Of a DNA stretch of 17,290 bases, positions 16,265 through 17,290 are shown piece after piece. Source of the stretch: Arcobacteraceae bacterium (GTDB taxonomy: Bacteria; Campylobacterota; Campylobacteria; Campylobacterales; Arcobacteraceae). The stretch spans positions 1 to 17,290 of the forward strand of contig JBLWVX010000044.1 of the NCBI GenBank assembly GCA_048268245.1, read 5' to 3'. The notes under the pieces were generated by a model. The model ran no database searches and was not told the origin of the DNA. It saw nothing but the letters and a program-made list of their open reading frames with translations. The position numbers were made by a program, and so were the translations under genes. Position 1 is the stretch's first letter, and every line of letters begins with the position of its first letter.

Positions 16265-16384
16265 TTATTTACTAACCATTCCAATAACTCTTTTAACACC
16301 CCAAATACCACCATAGGCACCAATAATTAAACCACCAACAGTCATAACAGCAGATGTATCAAATGCTAATGTAGTTAAATCCAT
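16265..16384 (-). CDS. major coat protein candidate (pVIII-like, 39 aa, no signal peptide; not in ORF track)
   Basis: MDLTTLAFDTSAVMTVGGLIIGAYGGIWGVKRVIGMVSK*; strong AAGGGG RBS; acidic N-terminus, Gly-rich TM, basic C-terminus; followed by a strong hairpin. Confidence 0.82.
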   Translation of the reverse strand: MDLTTLAFDTSAVMTVGGLIIGAYGGIWGVKRVIGMVSK

Positions 16385-16400
16385 AATTTTCCCCTTGTTT

Positions 16401-16625
16401 GCTCTATCCTAGAGCCTAATTTTAATTTTGTAGAATGCACAAAAAATATACACTCTATCAAACCAAAATCGTTACAAATCGCCTTATATTGCTTCATAGG
16501 TTTAGAAAGGTTATAAGATTAAATTACAGCCTTTCGCCCTATCGGTTGAACGCACATTCTTAAATTACTGGAGGATATTTTTACTTATCGAACTTAGTTT
16601 CATTCCAGTAATTTAAAAATCGTGC
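16401..16625 (-). other. structured intergenic region with four successive hairpins
   Basis: Stems at 16552-16625, 16496-16542, 16427-16462 and 16401-16415; two use G-T/U pairs that form only on the minus strand. Confidence 0.65.
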
Positions 16626-16629
16626 AAGA

Positions 16630-17022
16630 TTACTTTTTATCTACTATTACTAAGTTCGCGTCATTTATTTTATATGTTGTTTTCTCTTTTGTATTAAGAA
16701 TTGGTGCTAAAATTTCTTTACCTCTTAAAGGTTCATAGATATTTAGTTTATTGGCAATATCATCTTCACTTTCACAAGGAATAGAAATTACTTCTTGAAT
16801 AACCTTATCAACTAGTCTGATATTGCCACCTAACTCTTTTTCAACTTGTACCGTGTTCATAAAGAACAGTTTTACACTATGACCGTATTTAAACGCTCTG
16901 TTATTATCATCAACACCCTCACCTGCAACTGTAAAGTCTACATTGTCTAACTTTCCATAGATGAAAGTTCCATGACCTTGTAATTGTGGTGTTTTAATTG
17001 TTTCTAAATTTTTGTTTTCCAT
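16630..17022 (-). CDS. putative ssDNA-binding protein (pV-like)
   Basis: 130-aa soluble, beta-strand-rich sequence with aromatic and basic residues; first gene of the structural cassette; AAGGGG RBS. The call is mostly positional. Confidence 0.55.
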   Translation of the reverse strand: MENKNLETIKTPQLQGHGTFIYGKLDNVDFTVAGEGVDDNNRAFKYGHSVKLFFMNTVQVEKELGGNIRLVDKVIQEVISIPCESEDDIANKLNIYEPLRGKEILAPILNTKEKTTYKINDANLVIVDKK

Positions 17023-17054
17023 TTTTAACCCCTTGTTAAATTATATTTATTTAC

Positions 17055-17117
17055 TTACCCCTTTAAACTAACGAATCAGGCGGGGTAAAGTGCCTAATCC
17101 GAGTGAGATAACTCACT
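17055..17117 (-). promoter_or_regulatory. hairpin plus H-type pseudoknot in the 5' leader of the pV-like gene
   Basis: Minus strand: AGTGAG-TTAT-CTCACT, then CGGATTAGGC-ACTTTACCCC-GCCTGATTCG-TTAGTTTAAA-GGGGTAA; loop TTACCCC pairs with downstream GGGGTAA. Confidence 0.65.
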
Positions 17118-17251
17118 AGAAAGAACTTGTAAAAGTGCTTTATAGAAAATTAATAAGTTAGTTATTGAAAATTTTTAAAATAATGGAATTAATATTTATA
17201 TAAATATATTAATATCTAAGTGTATATACCCCTTTTAATATTTTGATTTTT

Positions 17252-17260
17252 TGTTATAAT
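17252..17260 (+). promoter_or_regulatory. extended -10 promoter (TGTTATAAT) pointing out of the window
   Basis: Perfect TGnTATAAT with a second TATAAT at 17264-17269; divergent from the phage structural operon. Confidence 0.45.
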
Positions 17261-17290
17261 TCTTATAATTAAAATAAATTACAAATATTT

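Larger units (their letters stand above)
6724..17117 (-). mobile_element. integrated filamentous phage (inovirus-like prophage); boundaries approximate, probably extends past the window
   Basis: Co-oriented Zot/pI ATPase, secretin, pIII- and pVI-like genes, several about 40-aa single-TM ORFs, HUH Rep, xis-like gene and tyrosine integrase. No tailed-phage genes. Confidence 0.92.

Noticed and set aside
16375..16497. 40-codon minus-strand ORF (MKQYKAICNDFG...) overlapping the coat start
   Set aside because: No RBS, runs through hairpins C and D, no TM segment; more likely non-coding structure.
6719..17165. 9-bp direct repeat gttagttat at 6719-6727 and 17157-17165 as attL/attR core
   Set aside because: Position is tempting, but a 9-nt AT-rich match between two regions of a few hundred bases is expected by chance; needs an empty-site comparison.
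17157..17182. ttagttattgaaaatttttaaaa resembling one arm of the Campylobacterota difH site
   Set aside because: Only a partial one-arm resemblance without the matching TTTTCA arm at the right spacing, and the element encodes its own integrase.

Overview
AT-rich bacterial chromosome segment; gene content and style suggest Campylobacterota, probably Arcobacteraceae (inference). The left part (1-6160) is host DNA: a minus-strand [NiFe]-hydrogenase maturation cluster (hypB-hypC-hypD-hypE-hypA), a decayed chemoreceptor remnant, an IS1595-transposase-like gene that appears to be expressed leaderless, a DUF2391-like membrane protein and a GGDEF diguanylate cyclase. From about 6724 to the right edge lies an integrated filamentous-phage (inovirus-like) prophage of at least 10.4 kb, with every gene on the minus strand. 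In transcription order: putative ssDNA-binding protein, four tiny membrane-protein ORFs missed by the ORF track (a 39-aa leaderless major coat candidate, a 40-aa coat look-alike and two minor-coat candidates), Cys-rich pIII, pVI, Zot/pI ATPase, secretin pIV, two orphans, a two-tyrosine HUH replication initiator, an orphan, a ParB-family protein, an excisionase-like HTH protein and a tyrosine integrase. Most unusual: (i) a ParB gene with no ParA in the window that carries a perfect 16-bp parS/NBS-like palindrome in its own coding sequence and is translationally coupled to xis-int; (ii) a canonical H-type pseudoknot in the leader of the putative ssDNA-binding gene, reminiscent of the T4 gene 32 autoregulatory pseudoknot; (iii) tandem coat-like genes; (iv) two separate hairpin clusters that are candidate origins or packaging signals. 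All calls come from reading motifs by eye; no searches or folding programs were run.
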